DNA of 64,000 nt from Phycisphaerae bacterium (GTDB lineage Bacteria > Planctomycetota > Phycisphaerae > UBA1845), in the NCBI GenBank assembly GCA_029260235.1, contig JAJDDP010000015.1, positions 93,315-157,314 of the forward strand. The letters are read 5' to 3'. The notes beneath the pieces were generated by a model. It saw only the letters and a list, made by a program, of their open reading frames with translations, did no database searches and was not told the origin of the DNA. Position 1 is the first letter of the stretch; the number at the start of each line of letters is the position of its first letter. A program made the translations under genes and the position numbers. Below are positions 49,586 to 58,893 of this stretch, in pieces.

Positions 49586-51595
49586 GTGACTTCCACTCCC
49601 AGCAAACAATCCGACGCTAGCCTCCTCACACGACACCGCACGCTCGTGTCTGTGATCCTGCATTGCGGAATTTTCGCCTTCTCGCTGCTGGCTGCCTTTG
49701 CGCTGGCTTACAACTTCACCGCATTCAATAAGTGGTTCTTCCCTCTCTTTGCCAAGATGATCCTCTTTGTGACGGGAATCAAACTTCTCGTCTTTGGATG
49801 GATGAGGCAGTACCGCGGTTCGTGGCGTTATGTTGGGCTTCGTGACCTTATTGGGATTGCCTGGTCGTCATATACGGGCACCTTCGTATTCATCGTCGCC
49901 TATTTCTCGGCGGCCAATTTTTGGCCTCGGTTCATGGGCGTGCCGTTCGATGAAGCGGGAGATTTCCGACAGTCGGTTTTCTTATTGGACTTGGCGGCTA
50001 CTATCGTGTTCGTCTCAGCCGCCCGCGTCGCAGTTCGGTTCTACTATGAAGCTGTGCGTCCCATGCCCGGAGAACGCAGTACCCGCGTCCTGATCGTCGG
50101 TGCGGGGGATGCAGGCGAATCGCTCCTGCGTGAAATCCTGCGCATGTCAGCCTCCCGATACGAGGTAGTCGGCTTCCTGGATGACCGGGCCAGTGCAAGC
50201 AGTCCGCGTATCCATGGCGTCGAGGTGCTCGGCAAGACGGCCGACATTCGGGCCGTCGCCGAACGCGAAGATGTCGAGGAAGTGCTCATTGCCCTGGCCC
50301 ATGCCAGCGCCGGTGAACTCAGGCGACTGGTTGAGTCATGCAAGGGAACCAACCTCAAGTTCCGCACCGTGCCGCCCGCGATCGACTTGATCCAAGGCCG
50401 CGTCCGGGTCTCGCAGTTTCGAGACGTCCGCATCGAAGACCTGCTGGGCCGTAGCCCGGTCAAGCTCGACACCGAAGCGATTGGCCAAGTGCTTGGCGGA
50501 AAACGAGTGGTCATCACCGGCGCCGGCGGAAGCATCGGCTCAGAAATGTGCCGCCAGATCGCCCTCTTTACTCCAGAACGGCTGATTTTGATCGAACAGG
50601 CCGAGAACGCCCTCTTTGAAATCGACTGCGAGTTGCGCCGCAATTTCCCTGACTTGGACATCGTCCCCTATGTGGCGGACATCGCCGATGGCCGCCGAGT
50701 GCGCTGGATCTTGGAAAACGAAAGCGTGTCGGTCGTGTTCCATGCGGCTGCCCACAAGCACGTGCCCATGATGGAGATCAATCCGGGTGAAGCCATCAAG
50801 AACAATGTCATCGGCACCAAGACGGTGGCAGATGCTGTCGTAGCCGCAGGCGTGGCCAAGATGGTGATGATCTCAACCGACAAAGCTGTAAACCCCACCA
50901 GCGTCATGGGCTGTAGCAAACGGGTGGCAGAGCTTTATGTTCAGCAGCTAAGCCCGCGATTCAAGAGCCAATTTGTCACCGTGCGATTTGGCAATGTCTT
51001 GGGCAGCAGCGGGAGCGTGATCCCCATCTTCAAAGAGCAGATCGAACGGGGTGGACCGGTCACAGTGACACATCCTGACATGACCCGCTACTTCATGACT
51101 ATTCCCGAAGCCGCCCAGTTGGTCCTCCAAGCAGGGACGATGGGCAATGGCGGCGAGGTATACGTTTTAGACATGGGCGAACCGGTCAAGATCGTCGACC
51201 TAGCCCAAGACATGATCACCCTCAGTGGCCTCAGGCCCGGCGACGACATCGAGATCGTCTTTAGCGGCGTAAGGCCCGGCGAGAAGCTGTTTGAGGAGCT
51301 GTCCATCGAGGGCGAGCACGTTTCACCGACAAGCCACCCCAAGATCGGCGTATGGGCCAACCGCCCGGAAGACTGGGATGCCCTCTGTGCCGGGATAGAC
51401 CAATTGGTAAGCTACTCCGACTGCGGCAAGCCCGAGGCAGTGCGAGACCAGCTAGGCCGCCTAGTCCCCGAGTACGACCCCTCACCCAACAGCGCCGTAC
51501 CCGAAAGACCATCCGCAGCCAAAGAGCCAAAAGCCAAAGACGCCACAGCCCCAGACCTACCCAAAACCGGCCCTGATCCTGCGATGGGCGTTTGA
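49586..51595 (+). CDS. Membrane-anchored polysaccharide biosynthesis NDP-sugar 4,6-dehydratase/epimerase (CapD/PglF/WbpM family)
   Basis: There are four N-terminal TM helices and two Rossmann folds (VLIVGAGDAG; VVITGAGGSIGSE). The catalytic block is MISTDKAVNPTSVMGCSKRVAE. The start is GTG. Confidence 0.9.
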   Translation: MTSTPSKQSDASLLTRHRTLVSVILHCGIFAFSLLAAFALAYNFTAFNKWFFPLFAKMILFVTGIKLLVFGWMRQYRGSWRYVGLRDLIGIAWSSYTGTFVFIVAYFSAANFWPRFMGVPFDEAGDFRQSVFLLDLAATIVFVSAARVAVRFYYEAVRPMPGERSTRVLIVGAGDAGESLLREILRMSASRYEVVGFLDDRASASSPRIHGVEVLGKTADIRAVAEREDVEEVLIALAHASAGELRRLVESCKGTNLKFRTVPPAIDLIQGRVRVSQFRDVRIEDLLGRSPVKLDTEAIGQVLGGKRVVITGAGGSIGSEMCRQIALFTPERLILIEQAENALFEIDCELRRNFPDLDIVPYVADIADGRRVRWILENESVSVVFHAAAHKHVPMMEINPGEAIKNNVIGTKTVADAVVAAGVAKMVMISTDKAVNPTSVMGCSKRVAELYVQQLSPRFKSQFVTVRFGNVLGSSGSVIPIFKEQIERGGPVTVTHPDMTRYFMTIPEAAQLVLQAGTMGNGGEVYVLDMGEPVKIVDLAQDMITLSGLRPGDDIEIVFSGVRPGEKLFEELSIEGEHVSPTSHPKIGVWANRPEDWDALCAGIDQLVSYSDCGKPEAVRDQLGRLVPEYDPSPNSAVPERPSAAKEPKAKDATAPDLPKTGPDPAMGV

Positions 51596-51672
51596 GTTGC
51601 GGCGAACAGCGCCCACCTCACTGTTGGTCCAGCGGAAGGCGCCGAGCCCGATTCGGCACGACATCCTGTTCG

Positions 51673-54600
51673 TCACGGACTGGTGATGGCCATCAGGAAT
51701 AAGCGGAGGTCTCTCATATCCACATCGGCGTCGCCATCGGGATCCGCACACGCACAACCTGCTGGGACCGGCCCACCGGTTGGTCCGGTTAGACAGAACT
51801 CAGCCACCTGATAATCTTCAAGGGTCACCAAGTCGTCTCCGTTGCAGTCGAGCGGAGTTGCCTGGGGCGGGCAATCGCAGCAGATGTCAATCGTACCGTC
51901 GGACAAGATCGTTTGCGTCTCCTTACAGACCGTGCCCGGGTCGCAGATACCTACGCAAGTAGGCGGCGACAGGAGCAGGTCCACGCCGCATTCATTCTGC
52001 TCGCGGCAGTCGCAGTCCGAGATGGTGATGAATCCCGTCAAGGGATCGAAATTCACGCAACGAGGCAGACATTCGTCGATGGGTGGAGCCGGGCCTGGAC
52101 AGATTCCACTGCAATAGGGACCGAGGGCTGGATCGTCTACCAGGCCACACTCGCAGGCATCGTCGAGGCCGTTGCCATCCAAGTCGCCAAGACAGACTGA
52201 CCCCGGGCCTAATGCCTGCCCGCCGAGATCGTTCTCGCAGCAGAGCTTATCGGCCACCGCGCAGGTTCCATCCGGCAGACAGCAGGCTTCATCGCCCAGG
52301 CAGAGCACGTTGTCGCCCTGATACGCACCGCCGATGGCGTCACATTCAATCTGGATCAGCAGCGTGCAGGTGCCGTCCGGCAGGCAGCATGCGCCCGTCG
52401 CTGCCCCGGGTCCACATTCACAGCCGGCGGGACCCAAGGTACAGTCATCGTCCGCATTCGGGCACGGGCCCTCGCAGTCGGGGACAGGTGTGCCATTATC
52501 CACCTCGTGACACTCGCACACGTCGTCGGTGCCGTTACTGTCGATGTCGCCAAGACACATGGATCCCGGCCCCTGGGGTAGCCCGCCGTCATTCTCGCAG
52601 CAGGCCTTATCAATGATGACGCAAGATCCATCGGGCAGACAGCAGGCTTCATCGCCTTCGCAAATGGTATCGTCACCCAGATAGGTACCAAGGTGAATCT
52701 CGCAAACATAGGGAGTGACCACTCCGCAGAGGCCCCACGGGAAGCAACAGGCTCCGGACGGCTCGCAGCCGTCGTCGACCCCATTATTGTTGTTGTCACC
52801 TAAACACACCGAACCCACCCCCTGATACGAACCCATCAAGGCGTCGCACTCGGTTTCGGTGATCGAGAGGCAACTGCCGTCCGGGAGGCAGCAGGCGCCT
52901 TTGCACTTGCCGGCGCCACCGGCGGCGTAGATGAGATATATTTCCGCGTCAGACAGCTCCCGGGAGAACAACTCGACTTCGTCAATGCAACCGTCGAAGA
53001 GTCCCGATACGGAGGATGAGCGGCTGCCAATCCGCAAGGGGTTGGTGTTGGTGACTGAGTTCGGGTGGCAATCTGGATTGAACGTACTCACCGGGAGTCC
53101 GTTGACATAAAACGACCCACCATTCGTTCCGCGAGATACGGTGACGGCTACATGAACCCACGCTCCGGTTGCGACCGCGACCCCCGAGTTGTAGTTGGTG
53201 CAGGATGAGGTCGTCGGGCAGGAGGCACAGCCACCCGTACCGGCACCATCGGCGATCTGGAAGGCGAGGTTGCCGCCGGTGACGTACATCGAATACCCGG
53301 TGACGCTCGTAGCCTCTACGCGCTTGTCCACGATATTTCCCACGCCTGTAGTTTGCGATGTCTTGATCCACGCATCGATGGAGAAGTCGCCGGTTCCAAA
53401 GTTGAGGGCTGAGGCGTTTGGAACCTGAACGTAGTTGTTGACCCCATCGAAGCACATCGAATTGACGACTATTTCGCCGGCCAACTGAACCGGCGTGCCT
53501 ATCGTGTCGCCGTGCAGTCCGTTCAACATGATGTCGCGGACATCGTTCGCCCCGGCTGCGCCGACACCGAGATCTTCCAACGCATCCAGCGGCCACCAGG
53601 CGACCATGTCCGGAGGCGCAGCGGCACAAGCACAGTCGATCAGCCGCAAGGTCATATAGTCAACGCCTGTGTCATCCTGCACGCGAACATCCAACCTGCC
53701 GGTCAGGTTTAACAGCGGAAGGATGTTGGTGAAGGAGCCATCTGCATTGGGCAGGTTCGCCAAGTCGAGGCAGAAGGTGTTGGCGCTTCCCGGAGTCCAG
53801 GCACTGGCTAGGAGCCCCAAGGGGCCGGCACAAGACCCAGAGCCCGGTGCCCCGATACGCCTACCCCAGGCGAAGCCGCTTCCGGCGACTTGCAGCGACA
53901 GCGTATCGTTGCAGGATAAACTCGACGATCCCGCCTTCAACCGTATTTCCAGGTTGGCCGCGACGATGTTCGACGGCAGGCCTGTCATCGTGTGACAGAA
54001 GGGCACGTCATTGGTGAGCACATCAAATTGCTTAGGGGGGCTCCCGCAGATGTTCAGGGCCGCCAATTCCGGGCCGACGAACACCGGCTCGGTGAGTGGG
54101 CAGAAGTCGTCGGGTTGGCCGCCTTCGATGAGGAATCCTAGTCCGCCCGGGCAGAAGAAATCCGGCGCGCAGGAGATTATGGGCGGATCGCACGGAGGAC
54201 CACAGGCATCGTCGTTGCCGTCGCCGTCTGTGTCGCACACCGAGCCGCTACCCAGCGGCACTCCACCCATGACCAACTCACAGCACAATGCGTCGATCTC
54301 AATGCAGGTGGAAGGTTCGTCCGGCAGACAGCAGGCTTCTATACCCAGGCAGACTTGGCCATCACCCATGTAGGTGCCGAGATGCTGCTCACAGACGAAC
54401 TGGGTGCTCTCGACGCAGTAGCCGCCGTTCCAAGGCAAACAGCAGGCCCCTGTCGGCTCCTCCAGACAGGGATTGGCAGCACAGGAGCCGGTAGCAGGAA
54501 TGGAGCCCAGGGATTCGATGCGCCGCTCCTCGGGCGTACCGATTCGCACGGTTCCGCCGATGGCGTAAACCCGATCACCCAGCGTAGCCGCGGCAAGTTG

Positions 54601-55551
54601 GGTGTACCCACGGATGCTGTCGGGTTCCTGTTGCCAGCTGTCGTTTGCCGGATCATAAGACCAAGCGCGGGGATCGCTGGAGGTGTTGTATTCGCCGCCA
54701 TTGATGAGGTAAATCCGCCCATCACGTCCGCGGGTCATGCCTCTGCCTGCCAGTGCGGGAGAGGTCGCAGGGCAGGGGGTCACGATGGTCCACGAACCAC
54801 CGATGCCGGCGTTCGGGTCGTATTGGTAATTGAAGGCCGCGTTGACATTGCTCTCGTCCCGGCCCATGACGTAAATCATTCCGTCGCAACCCAACTCCGC
54901 GCCGATCTCGTGACGACCGGCCGGCATCGGCGTCTGCAACACCCACCCCAGGTTTGGCTGCGTCGGATCGTAGGCTTCGACAGAATTGAAAGATCCCGAA
55001 GTGTTGGGGTCATGTCCACCGAAGACATATATCTTGCCATTCGCACCTGTGGCCGCAGCCGCAGCCGCTCGCGGAACGTTTAATGGAAGAATGTTCGTGT
55101 CCCAGGTGTCCGTTCCTGGATCGTAAGCCTCGACTATGTCGTACAGGATCTGATTCTGTAGGCCGAATTCAAACCCGCCGATGACATAGATTCGACAGTC
55201 GTCGCCGACGGTCTCGGTCGGATTGGCCCGCGACGTGGGAAGAGGCGCGAACGACGTTGCATCCCAGGTGTCGGAGATCGGGTCGTAGGCGTCGTTGCGT
55301 GAGTAGGTAGTCGTCTCACTGCCTCCAGCGAAGACGAATACCCGGTCGGTGCCGTTGATGTCCCGACCTGCGGCAGCCACATGCCGCTGCAGACCAACGT
55401 CCATCAGTTGGTGGTTTGTCCATGACTGAGCGTTTGCCTGCCGGGCGGGCCATGCCGCCAAGAATACGATTAGGCCAAACACTGCCGACGATCTCAGACA
55501 TGCGACTACCCTAAGACCTGCCGGAACGAGAAGGGCTCTTTCCTCGTACAT
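51673..55551 (-). CDS. Giant secreted protein: Kelch beta-propeller, Cys-rich module, unknown domain, LamG/concanavalin-like domain, Cys-rich module array, two Cys-knots, and a C-terminal EF-hand/dockerin-like pair
   Basis: ATG 55551 has GGAG 6 nt upstream and gives a signal peptide ending …AWPARQANA/QS. The Kelch blades are RIYVIGG, KIYVFGGHD, MIYVMG, RIYLINGG and RVYAIGG. The LamG-like block runs FDGVNNYVQVPNASALNFGTGDFSIDAWIK…LRIGSRSS…FDGCIDEVELFSRELS. Confidence 0.85.
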   Translation of the reverse strand: MYEERALLVPAGLRVVACLRSSAVFGLIVFLAAWPARQANAQSWTNHQLMDVGLQRHVAAAGRDINGTDRVFVFAGGSETTTYSRNDAYDPISDTWDATSFAPLPTSRANPTETVGDDCRIYVIGGFEFGLQNQILYDIVEAYDPGTDTWDTNILPLNVPRAAAAAATGANGKIYVFGGHDPNTSGSFNSVEAYDPTQPNLGWVLQTPMPAGRHEIGAELGCDGMIYVMGRDESNVNAAFNYQYDPNAGIGGSWTIVTPCPATSPALAGRGMTRGRDGRIYLINGGEYNTSSDPRAWSYDPANDSWQQEPDSIRGYTQLAAATLGDRVYAIGGTVRIGTPEERRIESLGSIPATGSCAANPCLEEPTGACCLPWNGGYCVESTQFVCEQHLGTYMGDGQVCLGIEACCLPDEPSTCIEIDALCCELVMGGVPLGSGSVCDTDGDGNDDACGPPCDPPIISCAPDFFCPGGLGFLIEGGQPDDFCPLTEPVFVGPELAALNICGSPPKQFDVLTNDVPFCHTMTGLPSNIVAANLEIRLKAGSSSLSCNDTLSLQVAGSGFAWGRRIGAPGSGSCAGPLGLLASAWTPGSANTFCLDLANLPNADGSFTNILPLLNLTGRLDVRVQDDTGVDYMTLRLIDCACAAAPPDMVAWWPLDALEDLGVGAAGANDVRDIMLNGLHGDTIGTPVQLAGEIVVNSMCFDGVNNYVQVPNASALNFGTGDFSIDAWIKTSQTTGVGNIVDKRVEATSVTGYSMYVTGGNLAFQIADGAGTGGCASCPTTSSCTNYNSGVAVATGAWVHVAVTVSRGTNGGSFYVNGLPVSTFNPDCHPNSVTNTNPLRIGSRSSSVSGLFDGCIDEVELFSRELSDAEIYLIYAAGGAGKCKGACCLPDGSCLSITETECDALMGSYQGVGSVCLGDNNNNGVDDGCEPSGACCFPWGLCGVVTPYVCEIHLGTYLGDDTICEGDEACCLPDGSCVIIDKACCENDGGLPQGPGSMCLGDIDSNGTDDVCECHEVDNGTPVPDCEGPCPNADDDCTLGPAGCECGPGAATGACCLPDGTCTLLIQIECDAIGGAYQGDNVLCLGDEACCLPDGTCAVADKLCCENDLGGQALGPGSVCLGDLDGNGLDDACECGLVDDPALGPYCSGICPGPAPPIDECLPRCVNFDPLTGFITISDCDCREQNECGVDLLLSPPTCVGICDPGTVCKETQTILSDGTIDICCDCPPQATPLDCNGDDLVTLEDYQVAEFCLTGPTGGPVPAGCACADPDGDADVDMRDLRLFLMAITSP
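52150..52899 (-). repeat. Array of Cys-rich GACC(L/F)P… modules within 51673..55551
   Basis: The protein units repeat as GACCLPDGSC…C…G…G–VCLGD–NG-DD-CE, GACCFPWGLC…, EACCLPDGSCVIIDKACCENDGG…CLGDIDSNGTDDVCEC, GACCLPDGTC…, and EACCLPDGTCAVADKLCCENDLGG…CLGDLDGNGLDDACEC. DNA strings of about 25 nt recur, for example CCGGCAGACAGCAGGCTTCATCGCC near 52270 and near 52630. Confidence 0.8.
54202..54450 (-). repeat. Additional copy of the GACCLP / EACCLP Cys-rich module pair
   Basis: GACCLPWNGGYCVESTQFVCEQHLGTYMGDGQVCLGIEACCLPDEPSTCIEIDALCCELVMGG…CDTDGDGNDDAC. It is collinear with the pair at about 52510-52750. Confidence 0.75.
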
Positions 55552-55956
55552 GTCTATCTCCAATTGATTCCACATGTCGTGCGAAGTGAGCGCGGCTGTC
55601 CGTCGCTTAGAGCACTATGATGCATGGCAGCGCAGGCGGCCCGCCCACCCTTCAAACGGAAAACGGACGGCTGGGTCACATGAAATGAAATCTGAGACAG
55701 CGGCCCGCCGTTGGCCGGATACGGACTCGACAAATCGGCCAAATGCCCAGAAACAGGCTGAATATGGAAAGGTCTGCCCGCTTCCTGGATATGATAGGAC
55801 TGCAACCCCATAGCGGCCAATCTCAGGAGAGATTCCCGATCGGCCAGGAATTCGGCCTGGGGATTGCGATAGATGACCATCGCGTGGGTGCTTGGTTTTG
55901 TCTGCCCACCGTGCTTGACGCTAGCGGCTCGCGATGTCACCGTTCGGCGCGTGCTG

Positions 55957-57030
55957 TTACTGCGACTGGGCTACCTTTTTGTCTCTTAGCGACTTGCACT
56001 TGTTCAGGTAGTTGAGCAGATTCTCGAAGCCGGGCTTTTGGGAGTCGTTGGCTAGTTCGTGGGCCTTTATTTGTAGGCGGATGGCTTCGTCGAGGTTGCC
56101 TACGCGGTAGGTGGCGATGGCTAGGACGCGCATGGCTGCTGCTTGATTTCCACCGGATGCTTTGTAGCCTTCCTGGGCTGCGCGGAGCATCATGTCGGGC
56201 AGGCGATCAGCGTAGGCTTCCAAGCTTTGCAGCATCGTTGCCATGGCTAGCAGAGCATCTGCGTCCTTGCCGTGCGTCTCGAGGAACTTGGTCACCCAGT
56301 TGCGGAGTTTGGTCTCATCACCAACTTTGCGGCGATGCAGCAGGTAGGCTTCGGTGAGGATATCTGCGCGGGTCGGGTCGATAACCAGGGCTTCGTCGAG
56401 GACGCCGATGGCGCCTTCCCAATTCCCCGAGGAAGCTAGCGGACGATATTTGGGCAGCAGCTTGTCGATCTTGGTCTCGTTCTCCGCTCGCTTGGCCTCC
56501 TTGGCTACATCGAACGTGCCGGCTACCAACTCATCGAGTACGCGATCCATGTTCGGCGAGGGGTAGCCGTGCCAAGCGATGCGGCTATTTTTGTCGATGA
56601 TCATCATGTAGGGAATTCCGTTGGCCCCAACGCCATCGAGATAATTGCTCCACATCTTGTTGCTCTGGTCCCAGGCAATCGAAAAGCTGATGGCTGAACC
56701 GCGCTGGGCCATGAACTGCTTGACTTGCGAAAGCTGCTGGCCTCGCACCGGACCTGTAACCCCCACAATGACCACGCCCTTGTCGCGGTAGCGCTCTTGC
56801 AATTCGTTCAGATGAGGAATGCCCTGGATACATGGCATGCACCACGTCGCCCAAAAATCGAGCACATATATCGTCTTGCCCTTCCCAGCCGCCAAGGTCT
56901 CAGGCGCGCCCTTTAGCCACTCATTCATGGTGAACTCGGGGGCTAAGTCTCCGACGCGCAGGTCGGCATGGGCAGATTGAGCTGCGAACACGCCACTCAC
57001 GAACACGGCTGCTATGGACAACAATCTCAT
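55957..57030 (-). CDS. Secreted TlpA/ResA-like thioredoxin-fold thiol:disulfide oxidoreductase fused to C-terminal TPR repeats
   Basis: Signal peptide, a CxxC active site in the context LDFWATWCMPCIQ, and a TPR-like helical C-terminal half. Confidence 0.85.
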   Translation of the reverse strand: MRLLSIAAVFVSGVFAAQSAHADLRVGDLAPEFTMNEWLKGAPETLAAGKGKTIYVLDFWATWCMPCIQGIPHLNELQERYRDKGVVIVGVTGPVRGQQLSQVKQFMAQRGSAISFSIAWDQSNKMWSNYLDGVGANGIPYMMIIDKNSRIAWHGYPSPNMDRVLDELVAGTFDVAKEAKRAENETKIDKLLPKYRPLASSGNWEGAIGVLDEALVIDPTRADILTEAYLLHRRKVGDETKLRNWVTKFLETHGKDADALLAMATMLQSLEAYADRLPDMMLRAAQEGYKASGGNQAAAMRVLAIATYRVGNLDEAIRLQIKAHELANDSQKPGFENLLNYLNKCKSLRDKKVAQSQ

Positions 57031-57122
57031 CTGAACACCTACTCCTACATGTTTTCTGGTTGGCGCCTGTGCAACCGCGCCGATACGGGGCGGATAGTCG
57101 GCGTGTTCTAGTCTATTTCGGC

Positions 57123-58280
57123 CTATCCGCTACCCAACTGGTGGAGCCGGCGGCAGGCATCTTCAAGCTCCGGCAGTTTCTTGGCGTAGCAGAACCGCAA
57201 TTGGCAATTTCCATCCTGCGGGTTCCTGTAGAAAGCAGGGCCTGGCACGGTGGCGACGCCAACACGGTCGAGAATCGCCTCAGTTGCCTCGGTGGCGTTG
57301 GCCCAGCGGCCACCGAAGTCTGCCAGCATATAGTAGCTTCCAGCCGGGACGAAAGGCCTGAACCCGATGTCTGAAAGTGTCTGGGCCATTATATCTCGCT
57401 TGGCCCGATATTCCTCGCACATGCGCTGATAATACTCATCCGGCAACGCCAATCCCGCCTCGATCCCCGCCTGAAGCGGGGCAGGGGCACAAATATAGAA
57501 CAGGTCGCTGACCACCGCCATTTTTTCGATAATCGCGGCCGGGCCGGCTGCGTAGCCGATTCGCCATCCGGTCACGGCGTAGGTCTTGGATGCCCCGCTG
57601 ATGGTGATGGTTCGATCGGCTGCCCCGGGCAAGGTGGCTGGGCTGATGTGGGGTACATCGTGGGTGATGTACTCATAAATCTCGTCGGTGACGATCCAGA
57701 GGTTGTTCCTGTTGGCTAGGTCGACGATCCGGGCTAACTCATCTTTGCCAAAAACCTTGCCGGTGGGGTTGGCTGGGGTATTGACCAGGATCATCTTGGT
57801 GCGCTCGGTGATGGCTGCTTCGAGCTGATCCGTTGAGTAGGTCCAATCGGGCTGAGCCATATCGACGTAGCGCGGCACAGCTCCGACGCACTTCAACAGG
57901 TTCACATGGTAGCCATAGAAGGGCGAGAAGACGATGCACTCATCGCCGGGATCCAGGGTAGCCATCACCGCGCAAGCAAAGGCGCCGGCTGTTCCCACGG
58001 TGACCACAATCTGATTTTCCGGATCGACGTCGATCTTGTTGAATTGCGATAACTTCTTGGCAATGGCACGGCGGAGTGAGCTGGTGCCATTCAGATTCGT
58101 ATAGATAGCTTCGTCCGCATCGATGGCAGCCTTGGCGGCTTCTTTGATCTCGATGGGCGCGGGCTGATCGCAAACGCCTTGGGAGAGGTTCGCGCCGCCC
58201 ATGGCTGCACAGATGGCAGAGTACCGGCGAATGTCGGACTGCCGGCTGTTGCGAACTCGGTCGGCTAGCGGCAGCTCCAT
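57123..58280 (-). CDS. Class I/II pyridoxal-phosphate-dependent aminotransferase
   Basis: PLP-lysine block SGASKTYAVTGWRIGY, plus NPTGKVF. ATG 58280 (MELPLADRV…) is preferred over 58409, which would overlap the upstream lipoprotein gene. Confidence 0.9.
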   Translation of the reverse strand: MELPLADRVRNSRQSDIRRYSAICAAMGGANLSQGVCDQPAPIEIKEAAKAAIDADEAIYTNLNGTSSLRRAIAKKLSQFNKIDVDPENQIVVTVGTAGAFACAVMATLDPGDECIVFSPFYGYHVNLLKCVGAVPRYVDMAQPDWTYSTDQLEAAITERTKMILVNTPANPTGKVFGKDELARIVDLANRNNLWIVTDEIYEYITHDVPHISPATLPGAADRTITISGASKTYAVTGWRIGYAAGPAAIIEKMAVVSDLFYICAPAPLQAGIEAGLALPDEYYQRMCEEYRAKRDIMAQTLSDIGFRPFVPAGSYYMLADFGGRWANATEATEAILDRVGVATVPGPAFYRNPQDGNCQLRFCYAKKLPELEDACRRLHQLGSG

Positions 58281-58282
58281 AC

Positions 58283-58636
58283 CTAAGCTTTCCCGGTCCA
58301 CCACATGGACCCATCCCAAAATTCGAGGAGAGCAAAGCCCGACAACTGCACGTCGCCGTCGTGGGACACGAGCTGATGGTTGCAGGGGTCTCCTGCCATT
58401 GCCTTGCATGCCATTACAAGATCAATGCCGCACTTTCTGATGATCGCCAAGTCGGGCGTGATGCGCGGATTGCTCATTTGAAGCTCCGGCGTCAACTTGA
58501 CCAAGTCGGTCTCGTTCGCGTCCATGATCTCTTCAGTGCCAGTGTCAGGCACCTCTGTGATGGTGGGTTCGGTCAAGCAGCCAGCCAGAATGACAGACCC
58601 GAATAATGCGACAAACGACTGGAACACCATATCCAT
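58283..58636 (-). CDS. Small lipoprotein, unknown function
   Basis: Lipobox VILAGC. Its stop lies 2 nt before the aminotransferase ATG. Confidence 0.6.
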   Translation of the reverse strand: MDMVFQSFVALFGSVILAGCLTEPTITEVPDTGTEEIMDANETDLVKLTPELQMSNPRITPDLAIIRKCGIDLVMACKAMAGDPCNHQLVSHDGDVQLSGFALLEFWDGSMWWTGKA

Positions 58637-58893
58637 TCAACACCCCTCTTACGCTGCATTCTTGGTCCGCCCGCCCGATTCTTGGAGCGGCGACCACCAT
58701 ACACGGTAGCCATCCTGACCGTCAAATCATACCCTAAAGCCGCTCGGCACAGCCCTATGCACAATCCAGCAAGCTTGCCGCCGCACGACTTGAAATCTCG
58801 TTACCCAATCCGATAGCATGGAGTTGGTGTCGGATTCTGGGCGCGGGGCAATTCAACTTGAACTGCTTGGACAACCTAATAGGGGAGAATGCA

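Noticed and set aside
55554-55940. 128-aa minus-strand ORF in the 380-bp region upstream of the giant Kelch/LamG gene
   Set aside because: It overlaps the start of the giant gene, and it has no RBS or motif and an unconvincing composition. The region is more likely the promoter or leader of the giant gene.
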